Positions 39,428 through 59,979 of a stretch of 64,000 bases of DNA are shown piece by piece (positions within the stretch are counted from its first letter, which is position 1; each line of letters opens with the position of its first letter). Made by a program: the position numbers and the translations under genes. The stretch is from Amoebidium appalachense (taxonomy: Eukaryota; Protista; Ichthyosporea). The notes below the pieces were generated by a model. That model did not search any database, had not been told where the DNA came from, and was given only the letters and a program-made list of their open reading frames with translations. The stretch covers positions 12,819,088 through 12,883,087 of the forward strand of contig CAVNZM010000004.1 in the NCBI GenBank assembly GCA_963693365.1, read 5' to 3'.

Positions 39428-39956
39428 CTTGTGTGTCTAGGTGTGTGTGTGTCTGTGTGGATGACCTTGCCCGGCTTGTTTATGAGGGTGAACTGAACGT
39501 GTATATGCCGATATGTGCAGCGTCAACCCTGCATAATAGTGTTTCGTGCGTGTGTCTAGCCACACATCTGCTGTTTGGGTGGAGCATGCACAGCAACTAC
39601 GGCTGTAGGAGTCCACAGGAACGAGTGAGAAGGTGAGGGATCTTTATGTTTATGTGCCTGTAAACGTGACATAACCTAACGACGCACACAGTATGAAGAG
39701 ATGCACGTGCTCACAGCTATATATCTCAGCCTTTCCTACTTCAAGCTATTCAGGGTGACTGAAGTTGCCGTTGAAGATATAGATGAATAAGAATTCCTAG
39801 AAAGGAACCCTTCTGCTACTAGGCTAGGAATCACACTTAGCGGCAGAGAACGAACGGTCTGTTGCTTACCTGAACTTTATCGACCTCCTCCCTCTTCATA
39901 GAGCCCGGTGCCACCTCCAAGAGGGTGGGGATCTCACTGTGCTGTGCGACCGCCAT
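35022..39956 (-). CDS. SMT1: Sterol C24-methyltransferase (SMT/ERG6 family), 5 exons, 349 aa
   Basis: Exons 39956-39870, 39018-38783, 38273-38013, 35965-35794, 35315-35022 (1050 nt, all GT-AG, phases consistent). Motifs [62 protein letters not shown]..RKP. Confidence 0.96.
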
Positions 39957-40652
39957 TTTAACTGACTGCTACCCGAGCGCTAGAAAGAACTTCGAGCAAG
40001 TGAAAATGAGGTCAGGTTAGAAATGTTTTTTTTTATATTTGTAGACCTTCAACTCCACGCGACTCTGACTATATAAGAGTTTATTAGAAGCGGGTAAAAT
40101 ATCTTAATACCAACACAGTGCATCTGCTATGGGACAGCAAACAGAAAATCGAAACAGCTAATACATGGAATAGATTATAAAAGAGCCCGTGAGTATTTAA
40201 AAAACCCGTTTTATCTTACTATAAAAGAATAACCTATATATGGATTTGAAACAAAAATCAATGTATGACTTTAATTTCCTTCCTTGTGAGATTCGAGAGT
40301 CAACACACTGAATCTGGAGCGGAGCAGTTGGTACTGCGGGCCGTGCACTGCTCTGCAGGAAACAATAAAAAACCAATCAAATGCATTCTAAAACTCCTAT
40401 TGGCTAAGGCTTCCTCGTGTCAGAGTCTTAACCAATCCCGATGTGGGTTACAGCTGCAGAAATGGCGCGCAGATATTAGAATGCATGATATTAAACTTTA
40501 GTGTATTTCTAAAGCCTATAAATTGAACATTGGCCAATAGCACGTTCTTGGAAGAATTTACGCTTTTATTTTTGAATACCCCAACTTGCGGCGACCTGAT
40601 CACTCGGACCTTGCGGCACAAACTTACTCGCCAGCCGAAGGTCAACTTGAAG

Positions 40653-40688
<36 letters not shown>

Positions 40689-41867
40689 ATGTAATGAAAC
40701 GTATTTATCTGCCGAAGTGAAAGAATACAATACCTCAGGAAAGCGAAACTGTTGAGGCCGAGAACAACTATTGTTATCATGATGTACATATATACAGATC
40801 CAGATCCTGCCTTACTAGCTGCTTCTCGCCAGGTTCGAGATCTCCTGATCACCTGCTCTTTGCACAAACCTTTGCAATTGCTCACGTTTTGTCATTGTGG
40901 CCAGGGACAGCAACCAACATAACTTAGGCCGGCAGGTTGCATCGTCAGCGAGAAAAACAGGTGGTTCAGAGGTCGTTAGTTAAAGGCTCGATGTTGCTAG
41001 CATTTGTTCCGTTTTCTCGACCGTGGTTCGAAGGTTTGCGTGCCCCTCTGGGTCTCCGATTTTCGGCGTATGCTGGCGAATTTTACATAGTATATCATCC
41101 ACATAGTCGTGCGCGCTGTTGGTTGCCTATGTATGCACCATAGGGAGGACGTGCTGTAACTGGGCTGGCGAAGATTGAGGATGTCAGCTGCATGTGGTTA
41201 CAGCTCCTGCGGAACGAACGAGAGCATTTTTGATTTTCTTGTCACACAGTGCCCGTGTTATCGTGTAAAATAGCACCACGACCCCACAGGAGTATTCAGA
41301 AAGCGCCTTGACCTATGACACTCTTTCTCAGACTGCTCCCTTGTGAGGCTGACCGATCATAAGAAGATACTTGTACATACTTGCTATTTCTAAAGCCTGT
41401 GGCAGCAGCATATGAAAAGGCTGGAAAGTGCAGCCTATTTCTAGTGCTTTTCCTGTAACGCAGAATCGATTACTATACGCACGCGTCATATCATACAGCA
41501 TAAAGGGGCAGTGTATGGCATACTGTAACCACCTAACTCACTGTCATCTTCACTTAATTCTCAGCAAGACTTAGAAGTTGAGTTTGGTATTTATTTATTA
41601 GTTGTTGTAGTTTGTTTCCTTTTCCTTTCTTCATTTCTTTCTTTCTTTTCCGTTTCCGTGTACACGACATCTTAGATCTGTGTACGTATCGACATACTTA
41701 GCTCGCGCACACGTATTGTCGTTTGCGTCAAAATCTATATATGTCATCCAATCATATCTCGTTTGTATTTTCCCAAATATAGTAACTTACATTCCTTTCT
41801 CATTCCTTTCCCACGACGTAGCATTGTGCTATGTTCTTCAACTATTAGGAATAATTATATTTAGACG

Positions 41868-42250
41868 TGTTATGATAAGAACATGTATAAATATATGTTA
41901 TGAATTAATAGTTACATAAGTGGTTTCATTTTATTAAATGTTTCCGTGTTTTTATTAGAAGTTTCTTTCATTAGAGGATTGAGTTTTATATTCTAAATGT
42001 CGACAGACATTTTATTCGATATATTTTACACTCATAGTTTTCATTCTTTTGATTGGTTTATCGTTTCACATTCCCAAGTATAAAAGGGACCTCATCTTGA
42101 AATAAATCATAAGCAGTCGTATTCACTTCCTATGGTTCCAGAAATCGTTCCTCCTCTCCGGTTGTGTTTTTCCCGTGTGTCTTTGTGTTGTGTTTTACAT
42201 AACACCCATCTGTGCTCTCTGCTTCTCCGTTTAACCCACACAAAATAACA
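41868..42250 (+). repeat. 5' LTR of the copia element (start 41868 or 41896)
   Basis: TGTTAT...ATAACA inverted termini, TATAAAA near 42079, AATAAA at 42101, immediately followed by the PBS. The start is ambiguous without the 3' LTR. Confidence 0.7.
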
Positions 42251-42262
42251 GGTTTACGGCCC
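42251..42262 (+). promoter_or_regulatory. Primer-binding site, copia type (internal half-tRNA-iMet style)
   Basis: GGTTTACGGCCC directly after the LTR-ending CA; resembles the GGTTATGGGCCC PBS of copia-type elements. Confidence 0.6.
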
Positions 42263-42326
42263 CTTTGCACGCTAACACACAATCTCGCTACAACCGCGAA
42301 AATCTCTCAGTCTTACTGCTTCAATC

Positions 42327-44057
42327 ATGACTGACAAACCGTCGTATATCAACCTTCCAATATGGAATCCGTCCGAGAAACGAGACGAGAAACGTCTTAA
42401 TTATTTCGAGTGGGAGCCACTCATTCACCGGTTCATTAGAACCACCATTGCCGAGAAATTCGTTGACGCTATCAAGAGGCCACAGTGGGTTGACGGCGCT
42501 GAAGCCAACCAGTGGCTAGGCTACACCACCAAGGACTCCTACAAGAAAGCTTCCGACGTCCTCGACCAGATCCTCAACCAGTCCGTCCACCCGACCGAGC
42601 TCTACGACTCCGGCCGGATGCAAGACGGTGTCCACGGTGGTGAAGTCTTCCACAACCTACGTATGGCGTATGTAGCAGAGAAGGAGGCCCGAGTCACCCA
42701 GATTCAAGTCACCTTCGAGGAGCTTGAACTACGAGACTACCCCAACGTCACAGCATACCTCACCCGTCTCCAACGTCTGGCTACGACACTTGCCTGCCTC
42801 GACGAACCCGTCCAGCACAAGGATGTCGTACGTAAGTTCTTCCTCCACATCCGGAAGAACACAGCCCTGGTCTGCCCCGACATTGAACGTCTCTGCTCCG
42901 ACTACTGGATGAACAACAAGGCCTACCCGTCCTTCAACATGCTCATCAGTGACATCCGAGGAGCTGAAATCCGTGCCGGCCTCATCGACGCAGGCACAGG
43001 TGCAACCGTCAACAACCGTCCCCTCCGTGCACTCCAGAGCAGAGTGCTTCCCCCCGGTGACCTCCGTAACCGTATTCCTCGACGTGAGCATACACCTCAC
43101 CGTTCCCCGTCCCGTTCCCGTGATCCTCGTCCTCCCTCCAAGTCACCCGGCCCCCGTTCAACTTCCCCTTACCACCGTGGTAACAGGGACAACCGTAACC
43201 GACAGCACAACACCAACAGTGTGAAGTGTTCCTACTGCCATGAGCCCCACCACATCACAGCATGCCCGGAGCCTGGCTGCACAGTTGCTCGTCGTGCCAA
43301 GCAGGAGAAAGGTGACAAGAGTGTGAAATTTGCACTCATCTCCTCCACCGGCACACCTGACAGTAACGACCCCGTCTGGGACAGTGCTTGTAATGCACAC
43401 ATCTGCCCCATCAAGGAGTATTTCTCCTCCCTTACCCCGTGTCCTCCCACCCCCATTCACGGCCTCGGCACAGTCAATGCCAAACAACGTGGCATCATCA
43501 ACATGACACTGCACTACAACGGCCACCCAACACCGTGCAGCATCAATGCTTACTACGTACCCGAGGCACCGTCTTTCCTCGTGTCTACCTCCATGGCATC
43601 AGCTGCCGGCCTCCTAGGTCATTGTGACGATACAGACAACCACCCGTCGTTCCTCTACAGCCGTAATGGTGACATTATTACAGATCTCACCCCCCTCGAC
43701 GGTCTCTACTACATCACTGACTATGTGATTGAGACTCCTAAACACCCGGGGGTCCAAGCCTACACAGCAAGGACTCAACCACCCGACGACCTCACCCTTT
43801 GGCACAACCGTCTCGGCCACCGTGCCCTCTCCACCGTCACCAGGATGGCCAAGGATGAGCTTGTCATCGGCATGCCCCCCTCCCTCAAGTCACCCGACAA
43901 CAGTGACTGCTTCGGCTGCATGTCTGGCAAGACCACCAAGGCCCCCTTTCCCGGCACCCGTTCCAAGTTCACCATTCCCGGTGCTAAGTGGCACCTGGAC
44001 TTCTTCGAAGCTCCCTGTGCTTCCTACGGAGGCTACAAGGTTGCTCTGGTGTGTGTT
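42327..44057 (+). CDS. Copia gag-pol, 5' part (gag, zinc knuckle, protease, GAG-pre-integrase, start of integrase core)
   Basis: CSYCHEPHHITAC, VWDSACNAHI, LWHNRLGH..CFGC, WHLDF; ends ..KVALVCV at the insertion site. Confidence 0.93.
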
Positions 44058-44072
44058 CATCAGCAATCTTGT

Positions 44073-44760
44073 CGAATCCATCCATAAGCCATCTAAGACG
44101 TCAGCATCTAATCAAAGTCATCTACATCCCACCCTTTAACCCTATCTACCCCATATCCCATCGAAAAGATGTCAGGATATTTTCGGACCATTTAAAGACG
44201 ACTTTCAAGTTATCATAAAGATGTCTGGAAATTTCCTGACATCTTTATATACATTTTTCCTGACATCGTTTTCTACACCTAAACCTAACCACTACCCATC
44301 CGTAACCCCCCCCCAATCCCCACCTTTTCTACCCCTAAAATATAGGTATCGTAAGATCCTGCACATCAAGACCCTTTTATGTCATCTTTAAGGCCACTTT
44401 AAAGAGCTCAAATAAGAAATTAAGGCAACAAACAGACATCTAAACGATATCGTTAAAGGGACATGATGTACATTACCTTATTGCAACATGTTGACTTCTC
44501 TGCATCTAAAACGGCACATAAGGAGAACTAAATGTTGCCTTTAAAGTATCTCGGGGCATCGGAATCCTTATTTCACGATGCCTTTATGTCATCAAACGGA
44601 TCTGTTGCCGACCATACAAAGATACCTTTTGGATCACTCTACATGATCTTTATTTCATGCACACCGATTCACGACATACACATGTCACCTTTATGTTTAC
44701 TTTGTGACAACTTGTGCAGCATAATAAGTCGACAAAACGATCACTACAAGCAATTTAATA
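44073..44760. repeat. Left subterminal region rich in short CATC/GATG motifs
   Basis: Many GACATC, GATGTC, CATCTA and CATCTT motifs echoing the TIR start. Confidence 0.55.
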
Positions 44761-45192
44761 TGATCATTATACTGTATTCTAATCGTCCAAAAATCTATAT
44801 TAAAGCATCATTTTGTGCCCCGGTTGATGCCAAGATGATGTCAGTTCCCCCCAGTTTCCCCCCCCCCCCCCCCCCCCTTCCCTTTCCTCCCCGTGGCTGC
44901 ACAGTGAAGTGTCGTTGACCGTGCTGAACAATCTTTAATTTCTTATGACACGTCCCACTGGGACGTGTCTCCACTCTTTACATCTACGGGATGTCCCACT
45001 GGGACACCCCTCTACTGTCTCAACTATTCAAAACATTAAAATTCAAGAAAAGAAACACTATAAATTGATGAGAAAAAAACAAAACTAAACAAAGTAAACA
45101 AACTTGCAAAATAAAATCCAAAATAATCCCCTACAAAAAAGGGGCAGTACATTTCTTGGGGGGAAGGGGGAGGGGGGGGGGGAGGTGGGGGG

Positions 45193-46498
45193 CTAAGGGG
45201 TGAATTTGGGCTTTTTGTGGGGGCTGGCATGACCCTGTTGGCGCCTTCTCTTCATCGCCGACCTGGTAAGGGGGGTCTCTCCCTCAGCCTCGTTGAACTC
45301 AGCCGGAGAGTCCTCACCTTGAAACTCAGCCGCCTCCTCCTCCACCCCCTCCACCTGCTGCACGGCCTTGCTGTCACCCTCCGTGCCGCCCACAGCGACA
45401 TCCTCGCCCTCCTTGCCGACCTTGGCCGCGTCCGTCTCGTTTTTACGTTGGTCCACCTTGGGGTCTGGGGCCTCCTTGTGCAGAGACGCGGCCTCCTTAG
45501 CGGCCTGCTCCTCCCGCTCCCGCTCCGCCAGTGCCTCTGCCTCCCTCTCCGCATCGGCCTCCTCCTGCTGCCTGCGCAACTCCTCCCCGGCCTCCCGCTC
45601 GGCTGTCACCATGTGGTCCTTCACGTAGTTGTCGTAGTTTGAGATGTACTGCAGGTAATGGCGGGCACAGAGTCAGATGCTTTACAGAAGTCAGTCTAGA
45701 AAACTTTTTCCAACGATGTGATTGTGTTGTTTGTGTTTTTTTTTTTATGGGGGGGGGGGGGGGGGGGGGGGGGGTTTTGCAGATGTGAACAAAGAAGTCT
45801 TTTATAAAACAGAACAGACTAAATGCTAACTAGCTCGAGTGTCGGCACGCTATAGTGTAGTCAGCCATAATCACACCATAAGGGGGGGGGGGGGGGGGGA
45901 GGGTAGGAATTATAATGAACTTAGCGTAAGTCTCGTGAGCCATGATGAAACACCCCACAGCTCAAGTGTCAGCATCCTATTGCCTAGCCAAAAGGGGGGG
46001 GGGGGGGGGGGGGGGGACCCACCAACTTGATGTTGCCTTCGGCCGCAGCACCGTCATAGTTGGGGTCGTCACATTCGAATTTCACGGGGGTCCACTTGTT
46101 GATGAGCTTGTGTTGGTTGGGGTCTCGCAGCGACACCTCGAAGCAGTTGACGACCAGCCGGAAGAATGCCCTGTGGTCTCTGGCGATATCCTGCCCAGTG
46201 CTTCTTTAGTGATCTGTTTTCAAAAGAGGTAAAGTTCGGAAGGAATACACATAAGGAAGAGAAGAGAAGAGACAGATAATGTTGTCGTCATATGGTCTTA
46301 CTGACATCCAATGGATGTCATTAGGATCATATGACGACAACATTATGGCCCTTCATGATGTAAGAATGTGACCGTAATTCTCTATGATGATGCTTAAAAC
46401 TGTCTTTATTCTTGAAATATTCCAAGCATTTGCAGACCTAGGAATATGCATCAATTTTTTTTCGATTCGATTCGTGGAATGTTCATGGTGGAGGGGAG

Positions 46499-46531
<33 letters not shown>

Positions 46532-47426
46532 GAAGAAAGCGTTATGCAAGTAAATATATACGATGAAAGCAAGTTATTTGGGAAGTTAAACCGGTGATCA
46601 GAGGAGAACGTGGAAGGGTGAAAGGGAGTGTGTGTGTGTGTATGTGTGTGTACACACGTGTGTTGGTTGAAGAGCGAGTATGTGTGAGTGGGTGGTGGGC
46701 AGGAGGCAAGGGGGGGGGGGGGGGGGTCCTTTGATGTAGTCTAGACTCAGAATGTGTTGAAAGTGATTTGTTGGGGACATTACATACCAAGGCAGTCTTG
46801 TTGCCAAGGACAAGCCGCACAGCCTTCAATGAGATGCTGCTGAACAGGCGGGAAAACGGCTGGTACCCGAACGGGTTGCCCGTTTCAGGGTCGACAGAGT
46901 ACACGCGGCCGCACGGCTGGCCATTCAGCTTGACCTCATCCAGGAGGGCCAGCCACAGCGCTGGTCGCTCATCGGCAGTTGGGGCGTAGGCGACCAGCTG
47001 TGAATGTGTGTTTGAATGCAGCAAAAGAAAGGAAACAGAAGCGAGTGGTGGTGAAGCAGGTGGCGGTGGCGTTGTGGGGGGGGGGGGGGGGGGGAGGAGG
47101 GGGGGGGGGGGGGGGGGGGGGGGGGTTAGTCCATGATTGTGTATTACAGAAGACTGTCAATAAAATATTATATAAATACAATGAAAAGAAAGTATTATTA
47201 CTACATTACTACTTGAAACAGCTACATATCTCCATCCCTGTACAAATGACGTTAATGGCATACAAGTAGATTAGAACAAAACAGCTACATATCTCCATCC
47301 CTGTACAAATGACGTTAATGGCATACAAGTAGATTAGAACAAAGTAACCTGTGTGCTAGGATGCGTGTGAGAAGAGTTAAGCCCATTGTCATAGAAGGAG
47401 TCCGTTGAGTACGGAGGCGGGGGACG

Positions 47427-47465
<39 letters not shown>

Positions 47466-48887
47466 ATACATCGAGATTGGTCCCAGGTACAACGTACCCA
47501 GTCCTCAGGAAGTTGCGGACGTGCTGGTGGACATTGGACTTGATGGAGGTGATGCCCGTGCGGATTTTGGAGATATACTTCTGTGCGGGATCGCTACGCA
47601 CACAGTTGCGGATGATGTGGACCCACTTGGCCACGGCCTCCTGATTCAGCTTCGCGCTTGACGTCTCGACTTTCTGAAGAACCTCGACGAACTTTCCAGC
47701 CAGGTCCCCATCGTGGGCGTTGTTGATCTGGGGTGACTCCAGCACAAGGTGCTGGTAGATGTTGTGGGTCTTGGAGGACTTTTCCACATAGTCATTCTGA
47801 CGGTGATGGAAAATGTTAGAAAACAAGAATGACGATGTGAATAAATCTTGATGGAGCTATAAATCCTCCATGCTGGAAACGTGCTGTAGCAGTTGCTTTG
47901 AAATGACCAAGTTTGAATAGTTCCTTCAGTTTATCCACTTAGACAGAATAAGGGTGTGGATGTAGTAGGGATGGGTTTAGTGCGGGTAGGGGGGGGATGA
48001 ATGCATTAGGAGGTGGCAGCATGAGGTGGTGGGATGGCAACAATTCCTCCACAAGGATGAGCTTTGATCACAGAGATTGGTGGGGGGAGGGTTGTTTGAA
48101 ACATAACTACTACAATAGGTAAGAGAAACAAAATCAAAACGAAACCAAGGGAGGGATAGGTTGCCTACCAGGAACTGGGTGGTCTCCTGAAAGGATAATG
48201 TCTCGGGGTGTTTCTTGGAGGGGGAGGGGGTTGGGCGACGGGAAGGGGTGGTAGGGGTGCGGCCCAGCCCAGGCCCAGATGGAGACGGAGGCGGCTCTGG
48301 ATCATCAAGCACTGGCAGTCTCGCCTCCTTGCCCAGGAGGGCGCGCAACTGCTCCCTCATGGCGGCGCGACTGTAGGAGCGGATGAGCTTTCGCATCCTC
48401 TGGTTGGTGTAGGTTGGGTGCTTGCCCGACAACACCAGTGTGTAAAAAAGGACCTCGAGCTGATCCTCGCGGTTGTAGGGGCATTCATCCTCGTCGTTGA
48501 AGTTGTTCTCGTCATCTTCCTGGACTTCTGTGACTGAAGAATAGTAGGACTAATGTTAGTACAATTGTTGGAATCGTAGAAAACTAACAGAAGTGCGGAA
48601 ACAGGGCAACCCTGGCAACAGATAGTATTTTCCGGCAATCCAGATAACTATTGGAGGTCATCATATGACCCAAAACACCACCGAATCCCCCCCCTTTCCC
48701 AACCATTTCTACACCAAAAATGATCTATCGTATGGATATCCCCATCAACATATCGTGGGTGAAGGCAGAGGTTTCGAAAACACAAAAGAACTAGTTGACG
48801 TGGACAGGCGAGTGGGGGGAGCGAGTAAACCACACTAGCAGCAGGTGTGTTTAGAAAGAGTGGAGTGGGTGAAGGGAGAGTATATAA

Positions 48888-48920
<33 letters not shown>

Positions 48921-50381
48921 AGGGTTGAATGCAGTCAACAGAACAAAAGTACAAATACAACGGGGAGTGTGGGTGGGTGAGTGCGGGGGGGGGGGGGGGG
49001 GGTTTGACCAATAGCAACGGGTATGTTTTCCTGTGTAACTGACTGGAATCCCGCTATCATGTTCTCCACACTAGGCAAGAAGTGTTCCCGACACTCGCAC
49101 GTGGGATACAGCGCAAGCTGGTCGATCCAGAGAAAAGTTGCGGTGTTCACTGCTAGCGCAATGTTCGGGCCAACCTGAAAGCCATAGTGAAGCGCTCCAG
49201 GTGTGGTTTGTACCAAGTCGCCAGCGCGCTGTACGACTATGACAGGTGCCAACCCTATGGATGCAAGGTAACGCGGAGACCGAGGGATATAATTTTTGTG
49301 CTGAAGTGGGTTTCTGCACGAGCCTGGCAATTCGTTGCGGGCCAGCTGTAAGAGCCGTTTGTACTGGGAGGGAGGGTGGATAAACCACACCTTAAGGCCC
49401 CACAAAAGAAGGCTTGCTGAGGCCAGCGCGGCATCTTCAATGTGTGCACCAAACACTGTTAAACCCAAGACAGACAACTGCGCGTACAACATGGCAACAT
49501 TGATTCCTGGCATTGTTTCCCCGAAATGATTTCTTCCCAACGGCGTGAAGTCACTGATTGCAGTTACATTGAAAATGCGTTCGTCGAATATTTGATCACC
49601 ATCCACCTCGACATCGGATGCATAGACACCACCAACACCTTCGAGGTTTTCCTCAAACAACTGCGCTATCTGCTCACTGCTCATTTCACCCAAACCACTA
49701 ACATCTTGAGGCAACGTTTGACACTTGGAAAGGTCCACGCTGACAGGCTCCCGGCTTATCTCGCACCATGACTCGGACACGCGAGTTACTGTTTGCCTAC
49801 ACGCTTGCTCTTTTATCTCTTTGGTCGAAAACTGTTCCATCGCATCACGAAAAGGAACAGGAGGTGCAAACCCCTCTAATAAACAACAGCCCTCCCGTTT
49901 CTCTTCAGCACTGTGCAGGGCACGAAGTGCCTTTAAAGCCTTTTCCCTATCCATGAAAGACGAAGCGCAATGTTGTTTTTATGTTTGAAGATTTTAAAAG
50001 TTTTTGATGTTACAGTGAGAAAGCCTAGGTGAAACTGACAACGAGCACACGCGTAACGACTATTTATGCAGCAGGGGGTGTAAAACACAAACACAACCCA
50101 CCTTTCCTCTTCGGCTGCAGCATGGCGAGGGCGGCCGGGGCCGTAACTGAGGTGATGCCCTTGAGGAGAATGCCGACTGACTGCCCAGTAGGGCTATCAG
50201 CCTTGCTGGGATTCTCCCTGCCCCTACCCCCGGCCTTGCTATCCTTGCCGCCCTTGCCGCCCTTGCCGCCCTTGCTGGCGGCCACGGGCTCGCTGCAGTC
50301 CGAGTCGTCGAACGGCGTCTCAACCTTTTTGCGCTTGGGAAGCTTGGTCGTTGTGGCGCCCATTTTCGCGGTCTTTGGCAT
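45193..50381 (-). CDS. KDM4-like JmjC dioxygenase (putative histone demethylase), gene 2, transposon cargo, multi-exon
   Basis: Core exon about 49954-49010: VYASDV, PGINVAMLY, FGAHIEDAAL, LKVWF, CRNPLQHK, VQRAGDLVQTTPGALHYGFQVGPNIALAVNTAT..W..CEC. Further same-strand exons at about 50381-50100, 48533-48170, 47795-47498, 46998-46787, 46213-46024 and 45648-45193; not every junction could be phased. Confidence 0.85.
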
Positions 50382-51804
50382 GGTGGAGACGTGGAAGGCG
50401 TAAGCGCGAGACAGAGCGATGACGATATGTGGTCATATGGACCACAAAGATGTGTTATGTGGGGTTTCTGTTGCAGTTCCGGTTGGGAAATGGATTGCAA
50501 TCCTATGCCCATGAAAAACTTTTAATTGGTTGATCATCGCATAAGCTGAAGCTAATCAAACGCGTAACCCAATCACAGACGGCGAAAACATATGATATGT
50601 TTCCCCCCACACCTCCTGCAATTTGCTGAGGTTGGACCCTGGTCATCAAGACTTCTTGGCCATAAAATGACAATACAATTACAGCAAAACATTCTGCAGA
50701 AACCCGATATTCTCACATTTTAAGTGTTTATAAAAAGCCTTAGTTTCAAGTAGAGGCATTTTTTTTCTTGCTTTGTGTCGACGACATCTTTTATCCGCTT
50801 GAAATTTGTCAGCACCCATAATTCTACTATTACAGGACGTTGTATGTGGGGATCACCATCCGTCTTTCCTGTTTTAACTCGCGCTAAGGCAGAAGTTATA
50901 AGAAGCAGACGTGGAAAACTCAGCATAAAAGATCAATGAAATGAACATAAATATTAAATTACCAGACAATTTAAAGTGCAAATTTTCTAGTAATTTCTAA
51001 CGTCCATTACGAAAGAAAATAACCAACTTTTGACTTGCACCTGTTTTCCCTGCCGCGCTCAGGTATGTGGGTCTATCGGATGGGAAGGTGTGGACCTGAC
51101 ATTGAGCTTATCGAGTGGCCGCAGGGAGAATGAGCAATTAATATGATACTATTGGAATATTAATAGTTGAACTCTTCTGCATTTTTTATTGTTTTTTTTT
51201 TTTTTTTTTACACTGTCCACATTTATTGACACTTATATAAGGACCGAACGATTAGGTAGGCTATGCCAGTGGATTCCCATGTTTACGAAGTGCGCGCGCT
51301 GCCTAGAGTGGCCACATGTATGCATGACAGATCACCAATGATATTTGCAACGCACGCAAACCAAACAACATACAGGTCGTTGAAATCTCCACGGTTGTTC
51401 TAATAACACATTCAGCTTGTATATTTACTTTGAAGTTTGTTATTTTTTATGTCAATGAAATATGGGCATGCGCACCTAGTAGCATCAGTGTTGGACGAAG
51501 CAACGCAGCAAGATAGAGTTTATGCCATAGCAGACCAATCGCCGCATTGGAACTATCCGAGTACGTGATAAATGTCCAATCACCACGATTAGGATAATTG
51601 GACATCTTCATGTTGTAGGAAACACCACCCGGGGGTCAACGCGGACTCCACGACATCAGGCAAGGGACATCATGATCAACACAACCCATCCACATCCCAG
51701 CTGGACGCACACGAGAGATCTATCTGTACTATAAAATATATATGTATATACACTGTTTTGATAAACTTTGTGTATGCACGTGATGTGCGGTAAAGCGCGT
51801 CAAA

Positions 51805-58946
<7,142 letters not shown>

Positions 58947-59979
58947 AGGTAGCAATGGGTGAGGCTATGCAAATTGTCGTACCCTTAAAAGATGCCTTTA
59001 TGGGGACTTTTAGACTACATTTTCCTTTTTTCCCATCTCGATCACCCCCACATCCGAACCTTTCGGATATCTTTATGAGATCTGTTTGACAATATGTTGA
59101 TGTCTGAATCGAGTGCATAATTTTTGTTTTCGGCTTGGATTCACTTAATAATGCCAATCGTTGCCGCATCTATATGTATCTGTGGACCCTCTAGTGGCCA
59201 CATCAGCTAACAAATAACGGAAAGGGTTGTGGCCATTAGTATATCTAGTAACAATGCTGACAGTTACCGTAAGCCTGCCCGCCCACATGGGCCCGTATGG
59301 ACAACTAAATGACGACTTAGTGGCGGGTTTATGATGTCTCGGACGATGGAATTTGTGCACGCGCACGTGCACCAAGTCTGTGACACAAGGGTGTTGTTCC
59401 TCTGCCATATCTGATACGACTTCTTTCATGAATCATTCATTTATGCAACAATATTATTATCTGTTATAAATTATATCAAAATATATCTTTACAACCAAGG
59501 TTGTTGGTAATTATCTACACTAGCCATATGGGTGGAATGGCTGGCTCCCTTCATTTGCACGCCTCTGTCTGGCAACCTTTAAATGAATAATATAGGCGTG
59601 TTTTATCAAAGTATTACTTTTATAAATCTTATAATTTTCAGCTGTTAATTCCTGAGCCAGTTCTACCACATTAAAGCGTGATCAAAATCAATTTTGCGGT
59701 CTCCCGGCAAGGATGGTGGTCTGCTTTGCACGCCTCCAGAAAAATTATGTGATCCAATCACATGACGCGAAATCCTATCTCTCAAATCCGTGAATATTCA
59801 TTGGCTTTCATTCCACGCCGCGCACCGCCCGGAGCGGCGCGCGGCGCGCGGAGTCGATCACACTGTGGAAACCATATCATCAGTCAGTCAGTCAGTAGGT
59901 TTGCATATGCTCACGGCCACACATGCACAGTAGCTTTTTGCTGCCTGGCATACTGCTATCCACCAATGATTGAACAAAA

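Noticed and set aside
44058-44087. Apparent natural end of gag-pol (HQQSCRIHP*)
   Set aside because: Read-through into the transposon TIR; the true frame resumes at 62930.
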